Under the pieces are notes generated by a model, which was given only the letters and a program-made list of their open reading frames with translations, ran no database searches and was not told where the DNA came from. From Phycisphaerales bacterium (lineage in GTDB: Bacteria > Planctomycetota > Phycisphaerae > Phycisphaerales > UBA1924): a stretch of 64,000 nt of DNA. Both the position numbers and the translations under genes were made by a program. The stretch is from contig OZ245777.1 in NCBI GenBank assembly GCA_965227775.1, positions 1,088,001-1,152,000 of the forward strand, in the 5' to 3' direction. Shown piece after piece: positions 19,326-28,838 of this stretch. The first letter of the stretch is position 1. Every line of letters begins with the position of its first letter.

Positions 19326-19955
19326 ATGGCCGATCGTGTTCCAACCGCGTTGCTGTTCGGGGCTCCCGGTGCGGGCAAGGGCACGCAGGGCAAGATCCTC
19401 GGACAGATTCCGGGGTTCTACCACCTGTCGTGCGGCGAGGTCTTCCGGACGCTCGATATTCACAGCCCCTTGGGGCGAACCTTCTACGAGTATTCGTCCA
19501 AGGGCAATCTGGTTCCCGACGACGTGACGGTCGACATGTGGAAAGAAAACCTCCACGCGCAGATGACCCTCAGCTACTACAAGCCCCACGCCGAGATCCT
19601 GGTGCTCGACGGCATCCCCCGAAACGTCAAGCAGGCCAAGCTCCTCGAAGAGCACGTGGAAGTGAAGGCCATCGTGCACTTGGTGTGCCGAGACATGAAC
19701 GCCATGCTCATGCGCCTGCGCAAGCGCGCCCTGCGTGAGAACCGGGCCGACGACGCGCGCGAGGATGTGATCCGCCGGCGGTGGGAGGTCTATGAGCACG
19801 AGACCCGCCCGGTGCTCGATTTCTATTCCAAGGACCTCATCCACGAGGTCGATGCCATCGGCACGCCCGTGCAGGTGTTGCAGCACACGCTCGAGGCGCT
19901 CGCACCCATTCACGACACGCTCTTCGGCCAGCAAGAGATGGAAGGCAACCTGTAG
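19326..19955 (+). CDS. adk: Adenylate kinase family nucleoside-monophosphate kinase (short LID)
   Basis: GAPGAGKGTQG P-loop, GNLVPDD, LDGIPR, R.DD; GGGGAGG RBS before ATG 19326. Confidence 0.8.
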   Translation: MADRVPTALLFGAPGAGKGTQGKILGQIPGFYHLSCGEVFRTLDIHSPLGRTFYEYSSKGNLVPDDVTVDMWKENLHAQMTLSYYKPHAEILVLDGIPRNVKQAKLLEEHVEVKAIVHLVCRDMNAMLMRLRKRALRENRADDAREDVIRRRWEVYEHETRPVLDFYSKDLIHEVDAIGTPVQVLQHTLEALAPIHDTLFGQQEMEGNL

Positions 19956-19975
19956 CCATCGGCGTACGCTTTGGC

Positions 19976-20797
19976 ATGGCCGAAGCGATGACCTGGGCTG
20001 TACTGCTCGCGCGTTGGACCGAGTTTGCGCGCTCGGCGGTGGCCCTCCCGAAGGATGGCTCCGGCGGCCGGTGGCGTGAGAGCGTGCCAGCGATCATCGG
20101 TTTGCAGGCGATCGCGCTGGCCCTGGGCGACCTCGACGAACACGAATTGGACGAAAGCCGTGCGCTGGCGATCGATACTGCGTCGGTCGGAATCGATCGG
20201 CATGTTGGCGACCTCGCGAAGATCTGGGCGGACGAGCCGTGGCCCGATGAGCTGCACGAGCTGCTTGAGTACGCGCGGCGGGCCGTCGCCGACGCCTTGG
20301 CATCGGGTCTTGAGTGGTGCGTCGATGGAGCGATGGCGAGCCTCGAGCACCCGGCCGAGCTGATGGGCTTGCTGGAGGCCTTGGGCTTCGAGGGCGACGT
20401 CTATCTGGCGGCACCGGGGCAGCAGCTCTCGCCGGGGTGTCCGTGCGCATTCGTTCACGAGCCGGGCGGGGGGCTGCCCGACGCCGAGGTGGTGGGGGCC
20501 GTCATTGGGTTTCTCGAGGCCAACGGCGTCGGAAGCGAAGAGGTCCGCCGTGGCGCGCCGCGACAGGTCTACCGGCAATTCGACTTTGCCATGGGCGGGC
20601 CTGTTCGAGACCTTGTGGCGTGGATGGGCGGCGATCCGCAGCCGGGGCAGCCTCTGCTGGTGCCGGCAATGCTGGCGGGTTGTTCGCAGCCGGTGGCGCT
20701 GCCGCAGCGCAGGGGAAAGCCCGCGGAGCCGCCGCCGCTCGAGTTCGAGGCCGACCCTTCGGCGGGGATTTCGGCTGCCGAGGATGCCGACGCGTAG
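19976..20797 (+). CDS. Hypothetical protein
   Basis: 273-aa ORF filling the gap between adk and tRNA-Tyr; protein-like composition. Confidence 0.7.
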   Translation: MAEAMTWAVLLARWTEFARSAVALPKDGSGGRWRESVPAIIGLQAIALALGDLDEHELDESRALAIDTASVGIDRHVGDLAKIWADEPWPDELHELLEYARRAVADALASGLEWCVDGAMASLEHPAELMGLLEALGFEGDVYLAAPGQQLSPGCPCAFVHEPGGGLPDAEVVGAVIGFLEANGVGSEEVRRGAPRQVYRQFDFAMGGPVRDLVAWMGGDPQPGQPLLVPAMLAGCSQPVALPQRRGKPAEPPPLEFEADPSAGISAAEDADA

Positions 20798-20836
20798 GGC
20801 TTTCGGGCAATTCGCCTGCTACCATGGAGGCCCAGC

Positions 20837-20918
20837 GGGCGAGTACCCAAGTGGCCAAAGGGGGCAGACTGTAAATCTGCTGGCAATGCCTTCGGGGGTT
20901 CGAATCCCTCCTCGCCCA
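20837..20918 (+). tRNA. tRNA-Tyr(GTA)
   Basis: Acceptor GGGCGAG/CTCGCCC-A, anticodon arm GCAGA-CTGTAAA-TCTGC, long variable arm, GGTTCGAATCC; CCA not encoded. Confidence 0.97.
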
Positions 20919-21225
20919 TTCCGCCTGAAGCGTCCGATCTGGTGTGAAGCAAGCCGGATCGGCTCTACGGCCCAATCGAAAACCGAAGAGTGGTGTTATC
21001 CGGACTTGTGGCCCGGTTTGTGCCGTTGCCAGGCCGAATTCGGGGTGATTTGGGCTTGGTCTTGTGCGGCTTTTCCGCCATTGTATAGGAACCCCCGAAG
21101 CCAGTTACGCACTGGCCCGGCGTGTTGTATTGAAAGGCGTAGGCGCTGGAATGCCCGGCGTTGCCGTGCATGCCGAGGAGGCGTGTTTCGGGCACCCGAA
21201 CAGCTCATCAGGAAGAGGACGACAC

Positions 21226-24200
21226 ATGCAGCGTGGTAGTAATCGATGGACGGTCGTGACCGCTTCGGCGGCGGTTCTGCTGGCCAGCAGTGGCTTGGCG
21301 ATCGCGTCGCAGCAGTTGGCCCAGCCGACCCAGGCGCAGACGGTTCGCGTTGGTGACGGCTACGTGCGGACCTTTATTGACGCGGGCCAGCCCATGGTCG
21401 CCATCAGCCTCGACGGGCGCGCCGAGCAGCGCGTGGTCGAGCAGCGCGGCACGATCATGCTGCGCTACGCCGAGTTCGATCCGGCCGGGTTCATCCCTGC
21501 CGTTCCTGAGAACCTGAAAGCCGTCGACGGCAACCAGGCGTTCATCGTGCAGTACATCAGTCAGCCCCTCGAGGCGTACGGCGATGCCATTGCCCGCCTG
21601 GGCGGTACGGTCGAGCGCTTCCTGCCCGACCAAGCCCAGATCGTGACGATCGACGCGAGCATGGTCGATGCGGTGCGTGCACTGCCCTTCGTGCGCTGGG
21701 TGGGCGAGTATCACCCGGCGTACAAGCTGGACGAGCCCGACCTGCAGCGCCTGGCGCTGGCGAGCATGGGTGATTCGACGACCTTCCAGCGGTACTCGAT
21801 CCAGACGCTGCGTCGCGGCGAGGGCTCGCTCAAGAGCCTTGCCCAGCAGATCCGCGGGATGGGCGCGGCGATCGACCTGGAGTCTGAGCCCGTCGGCCGC
21901 CTGCAGGCTTGGCTGACCGATGCGCAGCTCCTGGCCGTTGCGCAGCGCAGCGACGTTCTCTTCATGGACGTGCGCGGCGAGCCCGAGCCCGACGTCGACA
22001 TCGCCCGCATGATCGGTGGCGCCGACTACGTCGAGAACGAGACCGGCTACACCGGCCAGGGCGTTCGCGCCGAGGTCATGGACAGTGGCCTGTTCCTGGG
22101 TCACCAGGAGTTCAGCAGCATGAGCCCCGCTCCGCTGCTGCACGGTGCGGTGGGCAGCCAGTCGCACGGCACGAGCGTGTTCAGCATCGTGTTCGCGCCG
22201 GGCACCAACCCGCAGGCTCGTGGCTTCCTGCCCGACGCCGAGCAGACCATCATGGCGGCCTACGGCGCGCTGGGCGATCGCTACGCCCACACCGCCCGCC
22301 TGGTCGATCCTTCAGATGAGTACCGCGCCGTCTTCCAGACGAACAGCTGGGGCGATCCGCGGACGAGCGACTACACGACCATCTCGGCCGAGATGGATGA
22401 CATCCTCTTCGACCACGACATCATCATCACCCAGAGCCAGTCGAACTCGGGCAGCACGCCCAGTCGTCCCCAGGCTTGGGCGAAGAACATCGTGGCCGTC
22501 GGTGGCATCAACCACTTCGGCACGCTGACGCGTAGCGACGACCGCCACGGCGGCGCTGCTGGTAGTACGGGTCCGGCCCGCGATGGTCGCATCAAGCCCG
22601 ACCTGGCCCACTTCTACGACTCGACCATCGCGGCGACCACTGGCGCGCCCACCTCGTACACCCAGTTCGGCGGCACCTCGGGCGCCACGCCCATCACCGC
22701 CGGCCACTTTGGCCTGTTCTTCCAGATGTGGAACGAGGGCGTCTTTGGCCCGCAGGGCGTGCCCGGCGGCACGGTCTTCGAGAATGCTCCCGATCCGGCC
22801 ACCTCGAAGGCCATGATGATCAACACTGCTCTGCAGTATGACTTCACCAGCTCGAGCGGCGACCTGAACCGCATGCGTCAGGGCTGGGGCCTTGCCGACG
22901 TTGGCAAGCTCTATGACGAGCGCGAGCGGTTCTTCATCATCGATGCGACGGATCCCGTCACGCCGCTGAGCAGCAACAGCTACCCGCTGAAGGTCGCCAG
23001 CGACGAGCCGGATCTGCGCGTCACGATGGTGTACCGCGACGTCAGCGGCACCACGTCTTCGACCAAGCACCGCATCAACGACCTCACGCTGAAGGTCACC
23101 TCGCCCAGTGGCGCGGTGTACTACGGCAACAACGGTCTGACCGATGGCAACTTCTCGACGCCCGGCGGTTCGGCAAACGATCTCGATAACGTCGAGAACG
23201 TGTTCGTTGAGTCGCCCGAGGGCGGCGTGTGGACCGTCGAGGTTCTCGGTGACGAGATCAACCAGGACGGCTTCCCGGCTACGCCCGATCTCGATGCGAC
23301 GTACGCCCTGGTGGTTGCCGGTGTCACTCCTGCCATCGGCATGTCGCTGGTGTCGGACGTGCCCGACATCGTGCTGCCCGGCACGATCGTCGACGTTGAG
23401 ATCGAGGTCATCGAGGGCGACGAGGCGCTCGTTGGCGTTCCGTCGATCTACTACGACATGACCGGTTCGGGCTTCACCCGCGCCGACATGACCGCCAGTG
23501 GCGACACGTGGGTCTTCGACCTGCCCGAGACCACCTGCGGCACCGCGCCGGCCTTCTACATGGAGGTGACCGGCGACGGCGGCACGACCGTGACGCTGCC
23601 CGCCTTGGGCGGCGACGCGCCGTACACGATCGATCGCATCGGCGAGGATCTGAACTACGGCGAGTACGACTTCGAGACGGCCACGGGTTGGAACGTGACG
23701 GGCAGCCCCGCCACGGGTGACTGGGAGCTCGGCACGCCGGATGGCTTCCGCGGTGCTCCGGATGCCGACTCCGATGGTTCCGGCCAGGCGTACGTTACCG
23801 GTAGCGAGCGTGGCGAGGACGTCGACGGTGGTCCGACCATCCTGACCTCGCCCGTGTTCGACCTGTCGGACGCTCCGGCCGATGTCGAACTGAGCTACGC
23901 CCGCTGGTTCTGGAACGACGATCAGCGCGCTGGCCTCGCCGACGCCGACCGCTTGTTGGTCGAGATCAACGACGGCTCGGGCTGGACCACCATCGAGTCG
24001 GTGGATCACGCCGCCGGTGGCGAGGAGTGGACGCAGATGACCATCACCGTCGCCGACTTTGTGTCGCTGACCAGCAACGTGCAGCTCCGCTTCACGACCG
24101 ACGACACCCCCAACGACTCGGCTACCGAGGCCGCGTTGGACGCCGTCAGCGTGTCGGGCTTCCGTTGCGATGATGGTGCCGGATGCCGGGCCGACTTCGA

Positions 24201-24348
24201 TGGCAACGGCACGCTGGACATCTTCGACTTCCTGGCGTTCCAGAACGCGTTCACCTCTGGTGATCTCGCCGCCGACTTCGACGGTAACGGCACGCTGGAC
24301 ATCTTCGACTTCCTGGCGTTCCAGAACGAGTTCGCCGCGGGTTGCTGA
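21226..24348 (+). CDS. Secreted subtilase (S8) serine peptidase with accessory beta domains and C-terminal GC-type dockerin-like module
   Basis: Triad EVMDSG / SHGTSV / FGGTSGATP; GRIKPDL; signal peptide; dockerin-like module at 24184-24345. Confidence 0.92.
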   Translation: MQRGSNRWTVVTASAAVLLASSGLAIASQQLAQPTQAQTVRVGDGYVRTFIDAGQPMVAISLDGRAEQRVVEQRGTIMLRYAEFDPAGFIPAVPENLKAVDGNQAFIVQYISQPLEAYGDAIARLGGTVERFLPDQAQIVTIDASMVDAVRALPFVRWVGEYHPAYKLDEPDLQRLALASMGDSTTFQRYSIQTLRRGEGSLKSLAQQIRGMGAAIDLESEPVGRLQAWLTDAQLLAVAQRSDVLFMDVRGEPEPDVDIARMIGGADYVENETGYTGQGVRAEVMDSGLFLGHQEFSSMSPAPLLHGAVGSQSHGTSVFSIVFAPGTNPQARGFLPDAEQTIMAAYGALGDRYAHTARLVDPSDEYRAVFQTNSWGDPRTSDYTTISAEMDDILFDHDIIITQSQSNSGSTPSRPQAWAKNIVAVGGINHFGTLTRSDDRHGGAAGSTGPARDGRIKPDLAHFYDSTIAATTGAPTSYTQFGGTSGATPITAGHFGLFFQMWNEGVFGPQGVPGGTVFENAPDPATSKAMMINTALQYDFTSSSGDLNRMRQGWGLADVGKLYDERERFFIIDATDPVTPLSSNSYPLKVASDEPDLRVTMVYRDVSGTTSSTKHRINDLTLKVTSPSGAVYYGNNGLTDGNFSTPGGSANDLDNVENVFVESPEGGVWTVEVLGDEINQDGFPATPDLDATYALVVAGVTPAIGMSLVSDVPDIVLPGTIVDVEIEVIEGDEALVGVPSIYYDMTGSGFTRADMTASGDTWVFDLPETTCGTAPAFYMEVTGDGGTTVTLPALGGDAPYTIDRIGEDLNYGEYDFETATGWNVTGSPATGDWELGTPDGFRGAPDADSDGSGQAYVTGSERGEDVDGGPTILTSPVFDLSDAPADVELSYARWFWNDDQRAGLADADRLLVEINDGSGWTTIESVDHAAGGEEWTQMTITVADFVSLTSNVQLRFTTDDTPNDSATEAALDAVSVSGFRCDDGAGCRADFDGNGTLDIFDFLAFQNAFTSGDLAADFDGNGTLDIFDFLAFQNEFAAGC

Positions 24349-24404
24349 GAGTCTGAACCCTGTTGGATCGGCAGCTCGCTGCGGGCTCCGATCTGATTGA
24401 CGCG

Positions 24405-24437
24405 AAGGAGCCGCCTGAGGAGGGCGGCTCCTTTTTT
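24405..24437 (+). terminator. Intrinsic terminator
   Basis: AAGGAGCCGCC-N7-GGCGGCTCCTT followed by a T-run. Confidence 0.85.
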
Positions 24438-24789
24438 CTGTAGTTGGCACAACCCAATTGAGACCGACCTTGTCATCGCTGGGCCGCCGCGGATACGTGC
24501 ATCCATCATCGAGGAATCCACGGGTTATACGGACAGATGCGTGGCGCGTGCGCGTTGTGCGGGCGAAGCGCCCTCGGGTCTCGAGAACATCGCAGCCAGG
24601 GTGGCTTTGGATGCGTATTGACACCAAACTATCAAGTAACGGGGCGGGGAGCGGTCCTGTAGTAACCAAGTCCCGCCGCCGTCTCTGCACCGACGGCGGT
24701 GGTCGGGTCGACCGCGTGCGACGCTGGCCCTCGAGGTCGGGCGTCACCGGCGATACGTCACACATCCCAAAGAACAGGGGAGGATTTCC

Positions 24790-27492
24790 ATGCGAGGAAG
24801 TAAGAACAGCGCCGTTGCATTGCGGCTCGTCGCGGGCCTTGGCATCGGCCTGGTCGCCGCAGCCTCGGCTACTGCCGATGATGTGATCATCATCGGCGAC
24901 AGCCTGGCCGACACCTATCCGGGCGTTCGCACGCTCGAAGACTCCAACGGCCGCACCGAGGCCTTCTACGGCGTGCCCATGACTACGGGCCTGACGGCCG
25001 ATCAGGCCGCGATGGACTTCCTCGCCCGGCACGGATCAGAGTTTGGTATCGGCGAGCTCGAGCTCGACCTCTCGCATCGCACGACGCTGCGCGACGGCAA
25101 GTTCACGGCGTTCCTGTTCGATCAGTCGGTCGACGGCATCCCCGTGCACTTGGGCATCGGCCGCGTTCTGGTGCTCGACCGCGGTACCGATCACGTCGTG
25201 GTGTACGCAGCCGGCAACCTCGCCCAGAACGACCCGGGCAACCTGCAGGACCTCGTGTTCCTGACGCCCGACCAGGCGTCGGCGGTTGTTCGCAACGACA
25301 TCCGTTTCACGAACTTCGTGAACTTCAGCGAGCCCGAGCTCGTTGCCTTCTACGGCAACGGCCAGGGCGAAGACGCGGGCCAGACGCGGCCGGCGTACCG
25401 CGTGACCGCCGAGCACGCGAGCTACCCGATCGTGAGCCAGGCGTACGAGGCGTTCATCGATGCCGAGACGGGCGAGCAGCTGCTCGTGCAGTCGGTGATC
25501 GCGCACGTTGATGTCGAGGGCACGACGACTGGCCGGGCGACGCCAGGCCTGTTGCCCGACACTGCCTCGAATCCGGCCGTCGAGCAGCGGCTGCCGCTGC
25601 TCGAAGTGATGCTGCGAGGTGGCGCTGACGCGGTGAGTGATCTCGATGGCGAGTTCGTGATCCCGCACTCGGGCACGTCGAGCGTAACGGTCGACGGTGA
25701 GCTGAGCGGCCCGTGGGTCCGCATCAACGACGTTGCCGGCCCCGAGCTTTCGGCGAGCGTGGTCACCACGCCTCCCGGCCCGGCCAACCTGCTCTTTAAC
25801 CCGAGCCCGACGCAGTTCACGACGGCTCAGGTGAACGCGTTCCTGCACACGAACCTCTCGTACGACCTCATCAAGTCGCGTGCGCCGGGCTTCACCGGGC
25901 TCGATCGCCAGACGCAGGCCAACGTCAACATCAACGACAACTGCAACGCGTTCTTCAGCGGTGGTGACCTTTCGATCAACTTCTTCACCGCTGGCGGTGG
26001 CTGCGTGAACACGGCGTTCTCGACCGTCGTTGCTCACGAGTACGGCCACTTCATCGTGAACCGACTGGGCCTCTCTCAGGGCGCGTTTGGTGAGGGCTAT
26101 GGCGATTCGGTCGCCATCAACCTCTACGACACGGGCATCGTCGGCCAGGGCTTCCTGACCGGCGGCGGCGCGGTGCGCAATCCCGAGGCTGCTCGCCAGC
26201 AGTTCCCCTGCGGTTCGGCCATCCACACCTGTGGCCAGGTGCTTGGCGGCTCTTGGCGTTGGATCCGCCTGAACCTGACCGACACGCTTGGTTCGGGCCC
26301 GGCTTTCGCCGAAGCGCAGGACCTGTTTGTCGGCTGGTCGATGATCACGCTGGGTGGCGATGGTGGTGACTCGGCCACGCCGCGTACGGCTATCGAGGTG
26401 CTGACGATCGACGACAACGACGGCATCCTGGGCAACGGCACGCCCAACTACGACGAGATCTGCATGGCGTTCGATCGCCACGGCATCGACTGCCCCGAGC
26501 TCGATCTCATCAGCATCTCTGTCGTCGACGCGCCCGAGACGCTCAGCTCCGGCCAGAGCGGCGAGGTTCGTGTCAGCATCGCCGACTCGACGGCTGCGTT
26601 CGAGCTTGGCACGCAGATGCTGGGCCTGATCATTGACGGCGACACGCAGATGGTGCCGCTTGTCGCCGATGGCGATGAGTTCGTCGGCACGATCCCGGGC
26701 CAGCCCGGCCTGACCGACCTGGCGTACTTCATCACGGCCGACGCCGACACGGGCGATACGGTCCGCGTGCCGAGCGAAGGCGGCTTCCCGGTGCTGGTGG
26801 GCGAGGTGCTCGTCAGCCTCGACTTCGAGACCGCTCCCGGCTGGACGGTTGAGAACACCGCCGTTGACGACGGCGCTTGGGATCGCGGCGCTCCGCTGGG
26901 TGCGACCGACGACCGCATCGAAGACCCGCCCACCGATTTCGACGGCTCGGGCAGCGCCTTCCTGACCGATCGTGCGTCGGGCAACTCCGACGTTGATGGC
27001 GGGCCGACCACGCTGGTGAGCCCGGAGTTCGACCTGTCGGACTACGGCGATGCGATCGTGTCGTACGCCCGCTGGTTCCGCAATGACGATCGCGACGTCG
27101 ATCGCCTGCGGATCGAGTTCTCCGACAACGGCGGCCTGTCGTGGTCGCTGGCCGAGAACGTCTCCGATACGCCCGAGGGTTGGGTGGTCGCGGCCGTTCG
27201 CGTGTCGGACGTGGTCGATGTGACCAGCGAGTTCCGCGTGCGGTTCCGCGCCACCGACAACCCGAACGACTCGGTGACCGAGGCCGGCATCGACGCGTTC
27301 CGGATCATCGTCGACGGTGCAACCTCTTGCCGGGCCGACTTCGACGGCAACGGCACGCTGGACATCTTCGACTTCCTGGCGTTCCAGAACGCCTTCTCTG
27401 CCGGTGATCTGGCCGCCGACTTTGACGGCAGCGGCACGCTGGACATCTTCGACTTCCTGGCGTTCCAGAACGAGTTCACCGCGGGCTGCTGA
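24790..27492 (+). CDS. Secreted M4/M36-like zinc metallopeptidase with propeptide and C-terminal GC-type dockerin-like module
   Basis: CNAFF, VVAHEYGHF (HExxH), GAFGEGYGD third ligand, FTP/PepSY-like pro-region (FDQSVDGIPV, AFIDAETGE); dockerin-like module at 27328-27489. Confidence 0.88.
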   Translation: MRGSKNSAVALRLVAGLGIGLVAAASATADDVIIIGDSLADTYPGVRTLEDSNGRTEAFYGVPMTTGLTADQAAMDFLARHGSEFGIGELELDLSHRTTLRDGKFTAFLFDQSVDGIPVHLGIGRVLVLDRGTDHVVVYAAGNLAQNDPGNLQDLVFLTPDQASAVVRNDIRFTNFVNFSEPELVAFYGNGQGEDAGQTRPAYRVTAEHASYPIVSQAYEAFIDAETGEQLLVQSVIAHVDVEGTTTGRATPGLLPDTASNPAVEQRLPLLEVMLRGGADAVSDLDGEFVIPHSGTSSVTVDGELSGPWVRINDVAGPELSASVVTTPPGPANLLFNPSPTQFTTAQVNAFLHTNLSYDLIKSRAPGFTGLDRQTQANVNINDNCNAFFSGGDLSINFFTAGGGCVNTAFSTVVAHEYGHFIVNRLGLSQGAFGEGYGDSVAINLYDTGIVGQGFLTGGGAVRNPEAARQQFPCGSAIHTCGQVLGGSWRWIRLNLTDTLGSGPAFAEAQDLFVGWSMITLGGDGGDSATPRTAIEVLTIDDNDGILGNGTPNYDEICMAFDRHGIDCPELDLISISVVDAPETLSSGQSGEVRVSIADSTAAFELGTQMLGLIIDGDTQMVPLVADGDEFVGTIPGQPGLTDLAYFITADADTGDTVRVPSEGGFPVLVGEVLVSLDFETAPGWTVENTAVDDGAWDRGAPLGATDDRIEDPPTDFDGSGSAFLTDRASGNSDVDGGPTTLVSPEFDLSDYGDAIVSYARWFRNDDRDVDRLRIEFSDNGGLSWSLAENVSDTPEGWVVAAVRVSDVVDVTSEFRVRFRATDNPNDSVTEAGIDAFRIIVDGATSCRADFDGNGTLDIFDFLAFQNAFSAGDLAADFDGSGTLDIFDFLAFQNEFTAGC

Positions 27493-27521
27493 GCCTCGCC
27501 TGACAGCATCAACGCCTACAC

Positions 27522-27554
27522 GGGGCCCTCTTGCACGTCGAGAGGGCCCCTTTT
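27522..27554 (+). terminator. Intrinsic terminator
   Basis: GGGGCCCTCT-N9-AGAGGGCCCC-TTTT. Confidence 0.85.
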
Positions 27555-27657
27555 CTGTGGCCGGCCTCGTCACCGCGATGGGCATCCGGCCGGGCAGCGG
27601 CATAGCATGGTGGCCCGAGACGAGGCTCCCCAGAGCCCGCCTGCGGGACCGTTGAAA

Positions 27658-27732
27658 CGGGGTGTGGCGCAGCTTGGTTAGCGCGTTTGACTGGGGGTCA
27701 AAAGGTCGCAGGTTCGAATCCTGTCACCCCGA
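27658..27732 (+). tRNA. tRNA-Pro(GGG)
   Basis: CGGGGTG/CACCCCG-A acceptor, TTTGA-CTGGGGG-TCAAA anticodon arm, GGTTCGAATCC. Confidence 0.96.
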
Positions 27733-27828
27733 TTTTTCACTCGAAGGCTCCGGCAGTTGCTGGAGTCTTCTTTGTTTGCGGTGCGTCCGTACGTGTTCGG
27801 CTACCCGGTACTGGCCAACCTTCCGCCA

Positions 27829-28731
27829 TCACGCGCCCGTGACTCTCTTGGCTACCTCAAAGAGGCATGCTTTGAATGCCTCAATCCTCGGAGAGGCGAA
27901 CTCCGTTGGCGCACTCAAGACATACACTGGGTCATAGGCTGGCAGTTCAAACTCTGGGAGCACCTCGACAAGTCGCCCGGAGTCGAGATCTGCTCGCGCC
28001 GCGAAGCTGGACAGATACCCGACGCCGATTCCGGATCGGACGGCGTGCAACAGCGAGTTTCCGTCAGTCGTACGCAGGATGGGACGAACTGTGACCGACC
28101 GAGTCTCGTTGCCTTCTGTGTAGGCCCATGTCGTGATTTCATCCGCGGGGCTCGTGTACGCCACGGTCGGATAACTTCCCAATTCCTCAGGATGTGAGAG
28201 AGGTCCGGCGCGCTCCAGCAACTCGGGTGTTGCTACTAGGCAGACGTCATTGTCCGCGAGCTTTCTTGAGATGAGGCTCCCCTCGCTCGGCAGCCCAACG
28301 CAAAGCGCGATGTCGAGCGAGTTTCTGTAGAAAGCAAGCGGCTCATCCTGAAGCAACAGCGTGATACGGACGCGTGGATACTCGGCGAGGAAGTTAGAGA
28401 TCGCCGGCTGCATGAGGTGGTGACCGACGTGGAGAAGGCTCCCTATCCGTAGCTCGCCCGTGACCTGACCTTTCGATTCCTCGAGTTGTTGGGTCATCTC
28501 CTCAAACGTTGATCCGATGCGTTTGCTGTGCTCCAGCACAACCTGGCCGTGCGTCGTGAGTCGCATCGTCCTGGATGTCCGCTCGAGTAGTTGAGCACCC
28601 AACTCGCGCTCAAGTGTCTTCACATGCTTGCTCACTGTCGAGTGATTGAGATTCCACTTGGCCGCCGCGGCCGTAAACCCTCCGAGTTCAACCACGTCTC
28701 GAAACAGCAAGAGTTTGCCGATGTCGTCCAT
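27829..28731 (-). CDS. LysR-family transcriptional regulator (CrgA/DmlR-like)
   Basis: GGFTAAA...STVSKHVKTLERELGAQLLERTSRTMRLT HTH; GELRI, FLAEYPRV, SGRLVEVL. Confidence 0.92.
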   Translation of the reverse strand: MDDIGKLLLFRDVVELGGFTAAAAKWNLNHSTVSKHVKTLERELGAQLLERTSRTMRLTTHGQVVLEHSKRIGSTFEEMTQQLEESKGQVTGELRIGSLLHVGHHLMQPAISNFLAEYPRVRITLLLQDEPLAFYRNSLDIALCVGLPSEGSLISRKLADNDVCLVATPELLERAGPLSHPEELGSYPTVAYTSPADEITTWAYTEGNETRSVTVRPILRTTDGNSLLHAVRSGIGVGYLSSFAARADLDSGRLVEVLPEFELPAYDPVYVLSAPTEFASPRIEAFKACLFEVAKRVTGA

Positions 28732-28737
28732 GCCGTT

Positions 28738-28754
28738 TGTGCCTTTCGTACACA
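28738..28754. promoter_or_regulatory. Probable LysR recognition site
   Basis: TGTG-N9-CACA dyad, containing T-N11-A, in the divergent LysR/target promoter. Confidence 0.55.
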
Positions 28755-28838
28755 TATAATGTGACGAATAGGTCATTGAATCAACAGATTGGCTCGTGTA
28801 TGTTCCTCCGATCAAGCACCACACACGAGGGTTCTGTC

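Noticed and set aside
22312..27603. 906-aa and 855-aa minus-strand ORFs
   Set aside because: Antisense shadows of the two protease genes, which carry clear catalytic motifs.
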